This document shows, one piece after another, positions 16,131-24,066 of a stretch of DNA of 32,000 nt (its first letter is position 1; the number at the start of each line of letters is the position of its first letter). The translations under genes were made by a program, and so were the position numbers. Below the pieces are notes generated by a model, which was given only the letters and a program-made list of their open reading frames with translations, made no database searches and was not told where the DNA came from. Source of the stretch: Geotalea daltonii FRC-32 (GTDB lineage Bacteria; Desulfobacterota; Desulfuromonadia; Geobacterales; Geobacteraceae); assembly GCF_000022265.1 (NCBI RefSeq), contig NC_011979.1, positions 3,660,001 through 3,692,000 of the forward strand. The letters run 5' to 3'.

Positions 16131-17356
16131 GCCGCTTCATGCTGGCATGGGAGCTTGGCGGCAACTATGGCCATCTGGGCAAACTGGTCCCTCTGACGCA
16201 TGCAATCAAAGACAAGGGACATGACGTGGCCCTTGCTGTAAGAGATCTTGCCGCACTGGGGAAATGCCTGGACCGCACGGCTGCGACCCTCCTGCAGGCA
16301 CCCATTGACTCACACCCGAGAAGAAAGTGCCAGCCGGTCAGTTTCGCCGATATCCTGGACGATGTGGGTTTCGGCAGTCCCGAGCGCCTTGATGGGCTGG
16401 TGCGTGGCTGGCACGGCCTCTTTGATCTCTACCGGCCCGAGGTAGTGGTGGCGGAATACGCGCCGTCAGCCGTATTTGCCGCCAGGCTGGCAGGCATACC
16501 CTGTCTGAGGATGGACACGGGCTTCGCCATTCCGCCGGACGTGAGCCCTTATCCCTGTTTCCGCCCCTGGCTCAAGCTGCGGCGGGAACAGCTGTTGGAA
16601 AAAGAGACGGGCATGCTGCAGGCCATAAACCAAGTTCGCGAAGACTATGGTTATTCTGCCCATGAGCATCTCTTTCAGGCAGTGCAGGCCGACCTGACCC
16701 TGCTGACAACGGTGCCGGAGCTTGATCACTACCCGGCGCGCAAGGGAGGGCGCCATATCGGCCCTCTGTTGAACTTGGATACAGGGCAGGATATCCCCTG
16801 GCCTGGCGGAAACGGACCGCGAATATTTGCCTATCTGCATCCCTTTCCAGGACTTGGACTGGTACTGGATGGACTCAGGAACTGCGGCGGTCAAACCATT
16901 GCCGTGGTTCCCGGTATCAGCCAGGAAATTTGCGACCGGTATAGGGGCAGCAAATTTTCGATCTCCGACCAACCGGCGACATTGCGGCATATTTTGCCCA
17001 AAGCGGAATTGGTCGTTTCCCATACCGGCCATGGCCTGACCTCGGCTGCACTGCTGGCAGGGGTGCCAACCTTGGCGATACCGACCCAGATCGAACAGAT
17101 GATGCTGATGAGAACTATCGAACGACTTGGTACCGGTACTGGTGTTACCCCCAATGCACTACGGACACATTTTCAGGAAATCCTGCAGAAGACCCTTGCC
17201 GATCAGGAGATTACCCACCGAACCCAAGAGCTTGCAGCCAAGTACAGTCGGTATGATGAACGGAGAACCTTGGCTCGTCTGATAACAACCATTGAGCGAC
17301 TGCCTGAAACCATCATAAACAGGCAGCCCGATAAACAGGAGAAAACATACAGATGA
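16127..17356 (+). CDS. GT-B fold glycosyltransferase, GT1/MGT (UDP-glycosyltransferase)-like (409 aa)
   Basis: N-terminus FMLAWELGGNYGHLGKLVPLTHAIKDKGHDVALAV (GT1 acceptor-domain pattern). The C-terminal donor-binding signature VVSHTGHGLTSAALLAGVPTLAIPTQIEQ resembles the UDPGT motif. ATGA overlaps at both ends (16127-16130 and 17353-17356). Confidence 0.82.
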   Translation: MSRFMLAWELGGNYGHLGKLVPLTHAIKDKGHDVALAVRDLAALGKCLDRTAATLLQAPIDSHPRRKCQPVSFADILDDVGFGSPERLDGLVRGWHGLFDLYRPEVVVAEYAPSAVFAARLAGIPCLRMDTGFAIPPDVSPYPCFRPWLKLRREQLLEKETGMLQAINQVREDYGYSAHEHLFQAVQADLTLLTTVPELDHYPARKGGRHIGPLLNLDTGQDIPWPGGNGPRIFAYLHPFPGLGLVLDGLRNCGGQTIAVVPGISQEICDRYRGSKFSISDQPATLRHILPKAELVVSHTGHGLTSAALLAGVPTLAIPTQIEQMMLMRTIERLGTGTGVTPNALRTHFQEILQKTLADQEITHRTQELAAKYSRYDERRTLARLITTIERLPETIINRQPDKQEKTYR

Positions 17357-18771
17357 ATGAGCAGCATTCAGCAAAACCTTCCGGCTTGGTGAGACTGTCC
17401 TCTAGGCTGTTCAATGCCGCTGAAACAGATTCGCTGGACTTTGCCCCCTCCATGGTTCAATTGCAGGAGAAGCCACCGGCACCGCTGGGACGGACCGTGT
17501 TGAAGGTTGTGGCGATACTGTTCTGTTGCGTCCTGCTGTGGGCTATTCTGGGGCGGCTGGATATCGTGGCGGTGGCGGAAGGCAAGCTGGTGCCGAAGAC
17601 TTACCTGAAGATCGTGCAGCCTTCTGAACAGGGAATCGTGGAGGATATCCTTGTCAAGGAGGGGCAGTCGGTTACCAAGGGGCAACTCCTGATGCGGATG
17701 GATGCGGTACTCTCCACTGCGGAAGGTAACTCCCTTACTTCTGAATTCCACCGCTTGCGGCTTGGCCTGCGCCGCATAGATGCAGAGCTGGCAGGCAGGC
17801 AGCTTACCCGCGAGAGTGGCGACCCGCCTGATCTGTTCGCCCAGGTATCGGCGCAATACCACACCAACCGTCAGGCCCAGCAGAGTGCCATCGATGAGCA
17901 ACAGAGCGTGCTGGAGCGTGCCCGCCAGGATATGGCTTCGGCCCGGGAAATCAAGGCAAAGCTTGAGCAGACACTGCCCCATTACCGTGAACAGGAAAGG
18001 GCCTACGAGGATCTTTTTAAAACAGGGACGGTTGCAAAGCTTCAGTTTTCTGAAAAGCAACGGGACCGGATCGAGAAGGAACATGACCTGAGAACCCAGG
18101 AGTTCACCATGAAAAGTAATCAGGCGCTGATGGCCCAGGCCCAGAAGAAGATGGCTCAGATCACGGCAGAAAACCGGCGCCAGTTGCAAATCGAACGGGT
18201 TGAAAGCATGGGACAGTTTGAGAAAATCAGGCAGGAGTTGGCCAAGCAGCAGCACCGTCACCAGTTACTGGAGCTGAGGGCACCGGACGACGGCGTTGTC
18301 AAGGATCTGGCCACACATACAACAGGTACGGTTGTGACGCCAGGGACCATTCTGATGACTTTGGTGCCCAAGGAAGAACCGCTGCAGGCCGAGGTATGGG
18401 TAAGCAACGAGGATATTGGTTTCGTGCGTCCCAATCAGCCGGTGAAGGTCAAGCTGTCCGCTTTCACCTTCCAGAAATACGGAATGCTTAACGGGAAAGT
18501 GGAACAGGTCAGCGCCGATTCCAGCGAAAACCAAGGCCAGACCGGAACGATCGATTCGACTACTTCAGCTCCGCCCAAGGACCTGAGCCGCCTGCGCTAC
18601 AAAACCCTGGTGACGCTCTCCACCCAGCAACTCATGGCAGATGGACAAAAGCACAAATTAACCCCCGGCATGCAGGTGTCGGCCGAGATAAAATTGGGCA
18701 CGAGATCGGTGGTGGAATACCTTTTCTCACCGGTAACAAAGGCGTTCCATGAGGCGGGGCGAGAACGGTAG
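17353..18771 (+). CDS. Type I secretion membrane fusion protein, HlyD family (472 aa)
   Basis: N-terminal cytoplasmic segment plus a single TM (VLKVVAILFCCVLLWAILG). Then DIVAVAEGKLVPKTYLKIVQPSEQGIVEDILVKEGQSVTKGQLLMRMD (lipoyl/barrel pattern as in HlyD), a long coiled-coil Q/E/R-rich middle, and a C-terminal beta-barrel ending in RSVVEYLFSPV. Confidence 0.94.
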   Translation: MNEQHSAKPSGLVRLSSRLFNAAETDSLDFAPSMVQLQEKPPAPLGRTVLKVVAILFCCVLLWAILGRLDIVAVAEGKLVPKTYLKIVQPSEQGIVEDILVKEGQSVTKGQLLMRMDAVLSTAEGNSLTSEFHRLRLGLRRIDAELAGRQLTRESGDPPDLFAQVSAQYHTNRQAQQSAIDEQQSVLERARQDMASAREIKAKLEQTLPHYREQERAYEDLFKTGTVAKLQFSEKQRDRIEKEHDLRTQEFTMKSNQALMAQAQKKMAQITAENRRQLQIERVESMGQFEKIRQELAKQQHRHQLLELRAPDDGVVKDLATHTTGTVVTPGTILMTLVPKEEPLQAEVWVSNEDIGFVRPNQPVKVKLSAFTFQKYGMLNGKVEQVSADSSENQGQTGTIDSTTSAPPKDLSRLRYKTLVTLSTQQLMADGQKHKLTPGMQVSAEIKLGTRSVVEYLFSPVTKAFHEAGRER

Positions 18772-18780
18772 GTTGAGTGG

Positions 18781-18799
18781 ACCCTATAGTCAAGACAAT
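18781..18799. repeat. 19-nt direct repeat, copy 1 (ACCCTATAGTCAAGACAAT)
   Basis: Matches 19227-19245 (ACCCTGTAGTCAAGACAAT) at 18 of 19 positions. The two copies bracket the tRNA-Arg gene and its flanking terminators. Confidence 0.8.
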
Positions 18800-18840
18800 A
18801 AACCGTCGAGTTTAAGGTGGTGCTGTTGAGGCAGCATGCC

Positions 18841-18870
18841 AGAGGTCGAACAGGTCTCGACCTTTCTTCC
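18841..18870 (+). terminator. Candidate rho-independent terminator after hlyD
   Basis: Stem AGGTCGA (18843-18849) pairs with TCGACCT (18857-18863), followed by TTCTTCC. The T-run is weak. Confidence 0.4.
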
Positions 18871-18903
18871 GCTGATAAAGCGCACGAAGCTCAAACAAAC
18901 AAG

Positions 18904-18932
18904 AAAAGCAACGAAATTTGTTGCTTTTCAAA
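18904..18932 (+). terminator. Second hairpin, terminator-like (possibly bidirectional)
   Basis: AAAAGCAAC (18904-18912) pairs with GTTGCTTTT (18920-18928) around loop GAAATTT. The U-run is part of and follows the 3' arm. Confidence 0.45.
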
Positions 18933-19038
18933 ATTGAGTAATTGGCGCTTCAACGCCTTCTCTCCTCTAGGTCTAACCTCTGACCTTTGGGTTATGAGCT
19001 ACTGAAAAAACATAACTACACAGAAATTACACAGACGG

Positions 19039-19068
19039 AAAAAAGGGCCACAGCACATGCTGTAGCCC
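19039..19068 (-). terminator. Rho-independent terminator downstream of tRNA-Arg
   Basis: The minus strand reads GGGCTACAGC-ATGT-GCTGTGGCCC followed by TTTTTT (A-run 19039-19044 on the plus strand). It begins 11 nt after the tRNA 3' end. Confidence 0.7.
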
Positions 19069-19079
19069 TTTGAGTTTTA

Positions 19080-19156
19080 TGGCGTCCCCGAGACGATTCG
19101 AACGTCCGACCCCTTCCTTAGGAGGGAAGTGCTCTATCCTGCTGAGCTACGGGGAC
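19080..19156 (-). tRNA. tRNA-Arg (anticodon CCU)
   Basis: 77 nt. The reverse complement reads GTCCCCGTAGCTCAGCAGGATAGAGCACTTCCCTCCTAAGGAAGGGGTCGGACGTTCGAATCGTCTCGGGGACGCCA. Acceptor stem GTCCCCG/CGGGGAC; D arm GCTC..GAGC; anticodon stem CTTCC/GGAAG with loop CTCCTAA (anticodon CCT); T arm GGACG-TTCGAAT-CGTCT; CCA is encoded. Confidence 0.95.
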
Positions 19157-19226
19157 AGTGAGAAAAGGCCTTGAAGTTTAGAATCAAAAACCGGCAGGAC
19201 CAAGGAAGTGTTTCTAACAAATCTTA

Positions 19227-19245
19227 ACCCTGTAGTCAAGACAAT
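19227..19245. repeat. 19-nt direct repeat, copy 2 (ACCCTGTAGTCAAGACAAT)
   Basis: See copy 1 at 18781-18799. Confidence 0.8.
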
Positions 19246-19347
19246 TCAAGTACTGTAACCACCAAGCCCTCCCGTTCACCCAGCAAGGCACCGTTGTCAC
19301 CCTTCGAAAAATGTCCCTATCGACCAAGTTTCAGCCTTCAAAGTGGT

Positions 19348-20232
19348 CTATCTCTTAATTGCCAACGCGACCCCGGTTACGGTCACGAACATCCCCATCA
19401 GGGCGGTAACGCCCAGCTGTTCGTCGAAGAACAGGAAGGCCATCAACGAGGTAACCGGCGGGACGAGATAAAACAGGCTAGCCACCCGTGAGGCTTCGCC
19501 GCGCCGGATAAGGATATTGAGCAGGGTGATGGCCCCCAGCGACAGCACTACCACCAGCCAGGCCATGGCAAATATGAATGTGCCAGTCCAACGTACCTGC
19601 ATTGTTTCAAAGGTTGGCGCCAGGAGCGCCATTGTCAGCGCTGAGGCAGCGAATTGGATTACGCCGCCGCTCCGCAAATCCATAAGAGCGCAGTAGCGTT
19701 TCTGATAAAGTGTGCCTGCGGTGATGCCAAACAGGGCCATTATGGCCATGGATAGGCCCAGTGGGCTGCCCCCGACAAAAGAAATCTTGTCCATCAGCAC
19801 CTGTACTACGCCCACCAGACCGAGGCCAAAACCAACCCATTGCCTGGGGTACACCTTCTCCCCCAGTATTCGCGCAGCGACAACGGCGGTGAACAGCGGC
19901 TGCAACCCGGCGATGAGAGATACGATACCGGCAGGCACCCCCTGATAGATCGCGCAGAACACACCACCAATATAGAGGGCGTTGACCAGAACGCCGGATA
20001 CGGCAATGTGTAGTGCCTGAACTGGGCTGGCAGGCCAGGGTGCCCGCATCAGCAGGGCCATGGCCAGAAGCAGCAGCGTGACGAACCCGAACCGCCAGAG
20101 AAGAAAGGTGAAAGGCTCGGCGAACGGAAGGCCGAACTTTGCACCAATGAAACCGGTGCTCCAGAGGAGGACAAATAAAAAGGGCGCCGCGATCTCCCCA
20201 TAACCAGTTCTGTCTATGGTGGTATCCGTCAT
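19348..20232 (-). CDS. DMT-superfamily (EamA/RhaT-like) 10-TM permease (294 aa)
   Basis: Highly hydrophobic, with two similar halves and the typical EamA opening APFLFVLLWSTGFIGAKFGL. SD GGAGAG lies upstream of ATG 20232. Only 25 nt separate it from the upstream DctP-like gene. Confidence 0.88.
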   Translation of the reverse strand: MTDTTIDRTGYGEIAAPFLFVLLWSTGFIGAKFGLPFAEPFTFLLWRFGFVTLLLLAMALLMRAPWPASPVQALHIAVSGVLVNALYIGGVFCAIYQGVPAGIVSLIAGLQPLFTAVVAARILGEKVYPRQWVGFGLGLVGVVQVLMDKISFVGGSPLGLSMAIMALFGITAGTLYQKRYCALMDLRSGGVIQFAASALTMALLAPTFETMQVRWTGTFIFAMAWLVVVLSLGAITLLNILIRRGEASRVASLFYLVPPVTSLMAFLFFDEQLGVTALMGMFVTVTGVALAIKR

Positions 20233-20257
20233 GACTGCTTACTCTCCAGCCTGGTTG

Positions 20258-21298
20258 TTAATCACGGTACTTTTTCAGCAGATCCTTGGCGTCTTTCAGA
20301 AGCGCCTTGCCGTTGGCCCCCTTTGCGCTAACCTCCTTGATCCATTCATCATCGACAGACTCGGTGGCCTTGGTCCATCTCTTGTATTCGGCATCGGTCA
20401 GGATGTTTATCTTATTCTTACGGTTCATGGCTACCTTGCGGGATACACTCGCCCCCTCGTCCCATATTTTGCCTACCCACCTGGAGACCTCACGACCGCT
20501 GTTGTTGTCGATGACCTTTTTCAGGTCGGCGGGCAAGCTGTTGTATTTGGACTGGTTCATGGCAAAGACAAAGATTGAGTTGGCATGTTTGGCCTGGCTC
20601 GGTGCGGTCTCAGTGTGGGTTTTGCAAACTTCCTGCAACTTCAGAGAAGTGGTTACCTCCCATGGGATGCTGACGCCATCCACCACCCCCTTGGCAATGG
20701 ATTCAGGCACTGCCGGCGCCGGCATTTGCACCGGCATCGCACCCAGGGCAGCCAGAGTCTTGGTACCGATGCGGCTGGCTGCACGTACCTTCAATCCCTT
20801 CAGGTCCTCCAATGTCTTGACGGTCTTGCTGCCAAAATGGAGCTGTGAACCGTCATGCACATGGGTGAAGATCAGCTTCACCCCCTTGAACTCATCCATC
20901 GCATTTTTCTGAACATAGTCCCACATGGCCTGGCTCGCTCGCTCGGAACTTTTGGCCATGAACGGCAGCTCGAAGACCTCAGATTTGGTGAACCGACCGG
21001 CCTGGTAGGTCGGCAAGCTCCAGACGATGTCGGCTATGCCGTCACGGGCCTGGTCGAAAAGTTGGGCAGGTGAACCTCCCAACTGCATGGAGGGGTAGAG
21101 TTGACACTTGAGCCTGCCGCCGGACTCCTTGCCGATCTTGTCACACCAGGGAATTAGGTTTTTCTGGTGGAATGTGGAACCTGGCGGCAGAAAATGGGCC
21201 ACTTTGAGGGTGACTGCTTCCGGGGCGGCAAAGCTGGTCCCGGCGCAAAGAGCTATGACGGTTGCGGTTAAGACCAGGCATCTTTTCGACTGCTTCAT
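20258..21298 (-). CDS. TRAP-type (DctP family) periplasmic solute-binding protein (346 aa)
   Basis: Signal peptide MKQSKRCLVLTATVIALCAGTSFAAPE. DctP-family pattern LKVAHFLPPGSTFHQKNLIPWCDKIGKESGGRLKCQLYPSMQLGG..QARDGIADIVW. SD AGGAGG lies 5 nt upstream of the ATG. Confidence 0.88.
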   Translation of the reverse strand: MKQSKRCLVLTATVIALCAGTSFAAPEAVTLKVAHFLPPGSTFHQKNLIPWCDKIGKESGGRLKCQLYPSMQLGGSPAQLFDQARDGIADIVWSLPTYQAGRFTKSEVFELPFMAKSSERASQAMWDYVQKNAMDEFKGVKLIFTHVHDGSQLHFGSKTVKTLEDLKGLKVRAASRIGTKTLAALGAMPVQMPAPAVPESIAKGVVDGVSIPWEVTTSLKLQEVCKTHTETAPSQAKHANSIFVFAMNQSKYNSLPADLKKVIDNNSGREVSRWVGKIWDEGASVSRKVAMNRKNKINILTDAEYKRWTKATESVDDEWIKEVSAKGANGKALLKDAKDLLKKYRD

Positions 21299-21341
21299 GT
21301 TCGCCTCCTGTCCATCTTTTATTATTTATAAAAAACTGTTT

Positions 21342-21357
21342 TGCAAAAATGACTCCA
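21342..21357 (-). promoter_or_regulatory. Sigma-54-like promoter candidate for the DctP-like gene
   Basis: The minus strand reads TGGAGTCATTTTTGCA, with GG-N10-GC spacing and a TTGCA -12 element. It lies about 45-60 nt upstream of ATG 21298. The -24 element deviates from TGGCAC. Confidence 0.3.
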
Positions 21358-21390
21358 TTCTACAAGCAAACAAGCAACATCATCGCCCAT

Positions 21391-21441
21391 AATTTAACCA
21401 TCTGAAATATCTGTTAAATTTTTACGAACACGTGTTAAATT
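21391..21441. promoter_or_regulatory. Cluster of repeated half-sites (AATTTAAC / GTTAAATT) plus the perfect palindrome AACACGTGTT
   Basis: AATTTAAC (21391-21398) is the inverse of GTTAAATT (21413-21420). TGTTAAATT repeats at 21412-21420 and 21433-21441, with 21-nt spacing. AACACGTGTT lies at 21427-21436. All sit in the AT-rich ~400-nt intergenic region upstream of the DctP-like gene. Confidence 0.4.
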
Positions 21442-21604
21442 AAAATAAAATTGTTTTATTTCTGCAATGGAATTGTAAAATTGTGAGTGAGGGTGTAACA
21501 AATTGATGGAGTAAGCTGCCTGTTCCTTCTCAGCAGCAAGAGGCATTTATCGGTAGAGATTGAATTGCAGAGGCTCCGGCTAACACATCTGCATTGCGAT
21601 GTGA

Positions 21605-21636
21605 ATAAAAAAAGGGAGTAGCAAGACCGCTACCCC
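21605..21636 (-). terminator. Rho-independent terminator of apt
   Basis: The minus strand reads GGGGGTAGC-GGTCTT-GCTACTCCC followed by TTTTTTTATT. Confidence 0.78.
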
Positions 21637-21705
21637 CAAAGTACTTTATCCCCACACAAGCCAACCTGCAGTGCCACAGAGAGACATGGCTTGGCAGGCG
21701 ACTGT

Positions 21706-22221
21706 CTAAAACTTCAACAGCGAAAAGACTCTTTCGACAGGCAGTTTGGTCCTGCCGTTAAGGAATTCGAGCTCTGCCATGAAGCAGCATTCAACAAGCT
21801 CTCCCCCCATGGAATCGACCATATCGACCACAGCCGACATGGTTCCCCCCGTGGCCAGCAGGTCATCGGCGATCAGGACCCTTTCCCCTTTCTTGATGGC
21901 ATCAGTGTGCATTTCCAGGGTATCGGTGCCATACTCCAGGTCATAGGTTTTTTTGAATGTTTCCGAGGGAAGCTTACCAGGCTTACGCACCAGCACGATG
22001 CCGGCGCCCAGCTTATATGCCAGGGCTGCGCCGATTATGAAACCTCTGGCCTCAACCCCAACCACCTTGTCGATTCTTTTGCCGATGTAGCGGTGGGACA
22101 AGAGGTCAATCATCCGCTGGTAGGACGCCGCATCAGACAACAGGGTGGTAATGTCCTTGAAAATGATACCTTTTTTGGGGAAATCCGGGATGTCTCTGAT
22201 GATACTCTTCAACTCTTCCAT
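21706..22221 (-). CDS. apt: Adenine phosphoribosyltransferase (171 aa from the internal ATG)
   Basis: [94 protein letters not shown] closely resembles known Apt proteins. ATG 22221 has SD AAGGAG 5 nt upstream. The track start at 22275 would add an unsupported 18-aa extension. Confidence 0.95.
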   Translation of the reverse strand: MEELKSIIRDIPDFPKKGIIFKDITTLLSDAASYQRMIDLLSHRYIGKRIDKVVGVEARGFIIGAALAYKLGAGIVLVRKPGKLPSETFKKTYDLEYGTDTLEMHTDAIKKGERVLIADDLLATGGTMSAVVDMVDSMGGELVECCFMAELEFLNGRTKLPVERVFSLLKF

Positions 22222-22258
22222 GCCTTCTCCTTGACATTCTTCTTCAAAACCAAAGAAT

Positions 22259-23335
22259 TTATTTGCTGGGGACACTGCAACGTGCCGCCAATTCCGTTGC
22301 CTCCATTATCTTTCTCAACTTTTCCAGTGACTTTGCCTCGATCTGGCGGATTCTTTCGCGGGTTACGCCGAAACTGCGGCCGATGGTGTCCAGGGTCTGC
22401 GGGTCTTTGTCATCCAGGCCGAAACGCAGGGTGAGGATCTTCTTTTCATTGTCGGAAAGGGTGTCAAACCATTTGGAGACCATTTCATACCTGTTCACAT
22501 CCTCCAAAAGTTCGGCAGGCGAGACGGTGGAGGTATCCTCTATGGTATCGATGAGAAAGTAATCGTTGTTTTCCCCCATGGGGCGCTCGATGGAATAGGT
22601 CTTTTTCAGCAGCACCATCAGCCTGCGGATATATGCCGAGTTAACCTCCATGGCGGTGGCCACTTCCTTGATGGAAGGTTCTCGATTGATCTTCTGCAAA
22701 AGTTCCCGGGTTATTCTCAGCATCTTGTTGATGTCGTCGGAAACATGGACCGGCAGCCTGATGGTCCGGGACTGGTTTACCAAAGCACGCTCGATGGACT
22801 GCCTGATCCACCATGTGGCGTAGGTGGAGAAGCGGCATTCCTTGGAGAGCTTGAACCGCTCCACTGCCTTGATCAGCCCCATGTTCCCCTCTTCGATCAG
22901 GTCCAGGAAAGGGAGACCGCGGTTGATGTAACGTTTGGCGATTTTTACCACCAGCCGCAGATTGGATTCGATCATCTTGTCGCGGGCAGCCTTATCCCCC
23001 CTGTCGATCCGTGCTGCCAGCTCTTTTTCTTCGTCTGCAGTCAAAAGCTTGGTCTTTTGAATCTCCCGGAGATAGAGCTTGATGGCATCGTCGAAATGCT
23101 CGACTACGGCTACCTTGATCTCTTCTTCCTCAACCTCCTCATGTTCCTCGACCTCTTCCACCTGCTCCAGCTCTACAGCATCAGGCTCAACTTCCGGTTC
23201 CATGAAAAGGTCCAGCTCCTTATGCGGTTCCTCTCCGGGAAAAACTCCTATGGTTTCATCGTTGTCCATGGCAACCTCGCTTGTGGATTCAAGTTCACTT
23301 CCGTCTGCCTTCTTGACCATAGCACCACTTTCCAT
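22259..23335 (-). CDS. rpoS: Group-2 sigma-70 family factor, RpoS-like (358 aa; the start could instead be ATG 23320)
   Basis: Acidic N-terminus. Region 2 [30 protein letters not shown]; region 4 [28 protein letters not shown]. Too short for RpoD. Sits in the conserved surE-pcm-(nlpD)-rpoS neighbourhood. Confidence 0.82.
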   Translation of the reverse strand: MESGAMVKKADGSELESTSEVAMDNDETIGVFPGEEPHKELDLFMEPEVEPDAVELEQVEEVEEHEEVEEEEIKVAVVEHFDDAIKLYLREIQKTKLLTADEEKELAARIDRGDKAARDKMIESNLRLVVKIAKRYINRGLPFLDLIEEGNMGLIKAVERFKLSKECRFSTYATWWIRQSIERALVNQSRTIRLPVHVSDDINKMLRITRELLQKINREPSIKEVATAMEVNSAYIRRLMVLLKKTYSIERPMGENNDYFLIDTIEDTSTVSPAELLEDVNRYEMVSKWFDTLSDNEKKILTLRFGLDDKDPQTLDTIGRSFGVTRERIRQIEAKSLEKLRKIMEATELAARCSVPSK

Positions 23336-23338
23336 AAA

Positions 23339-23989
23339 TTACTCTTCGCCGCTCCATCCGTACTTGCCGATGAGTTTGACGAAACGGCATGGGACAGACT
23401 CCTGACAGGTGATGGTCCCGTCCTTTTCCTTTGTCACCCGTACCAGGGTCTGATCCAGCTGATTTCCCACGGGTATTACAAGCCTGCCCCCCAAAGCCAG
23501 TTGATCGACGAGGTGAGCCGGAACATCCGGCGCCCCGGCAGTGACAATAATCGCATCGAACGGGGCCTCGGCGGCCCAACCATCGGTGCCGTCACCTATT
23601 TTCAGGTTCACATTCAGGTAGTGCAGCCTGTCCAGGGCCTTTCTTGCCCGCAAGGCAAGAGAACGTATCCGCTCCACAGTGTAGACCCGGTTAGACAACT
23701 CGGCAAGAATGGCGGTCTGATAACCGGAGCCGGTTCCCAGTTCGAGGACTTTTTCCCGGCCGGTCAACTGCAGCATCTCGGACATGAGAGCCACCATGTA
23801 TGGCTGAGAAATGGTCTGTTTTTCACCGATTGGAAGAGATGAGTCACTGTAGGCTTGTGCAGCCATAGCCTCTTCGACGAAAATATTACGTGGAACTTTC
23901 AACATGGCATCAATAACGCGCCGGTCCGTGATACCGCGGCCGATAATCTGCGTCTCCACCATTCTTCGTCTTGTGATGTCGAAATTCAT
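23339..23989 (-). CDS. pcm: Protein-L-isoaspartate O-methyltransferase (216 aa)
   Basis: [65 protein letters not shown]. Confidence 0.95.
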   Translation of the reverse strand: MNFDITRRRMVETQIIGRGITDRRVIDAMLKVPRNIFVEEAMAAQAYSDSSLPIGEKQTISQPYMVALMSEMLQLTGREKVLELGTGSGYQTAILAELSNRVYTVERIRSLALRARKALDRLHYLNVNLKIGDGTDGWAAEAPFDAIIVTAGAPDVPAHLVDQLALGGRLVIPVGNQLDQTLVRVTKEKDGTITCQESVPCRFVKLIGKYGWSGEE

Positions 23990-24066
23990 AATAAAACCTT
24001 AATGCCTATAGCCGGAAAAATATAACAGACAGACACCCATCTGTCCAGCCTACAACTGCTCCGGCA

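Noticed and set aside
18817-19005. 62-aa ORF in the hlyD / tRNA intergenic region
   Set aside because: It has a GTG start without an SD. It spans two terminator-like hairpins and shows no protein-like features.
19227-19245. Reading the 19-mer as a sigma-70 promoter (TTGACT on the minus strand, 18 nt before TAGAAA) for tRNA-Arg
   Set aside because: The -10 is poor. The other copy of the repeat would fire antisense into hlyD, so the promoter reading does not explain the duplication.
22222-22275. N-terminal extensions proposed by the track for apt (18 aa), cbiO (17 aa, 26478..26528) and the CarboxypepD_reg-like protein (31 aa, 25690..25782)
   Set aside because: In each case an internal ATG has a strong SD and restores the canonical N-terminus or signal peptide. 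For the latter two it also creates a 4-nt ATGA overlap with the upstream gene.
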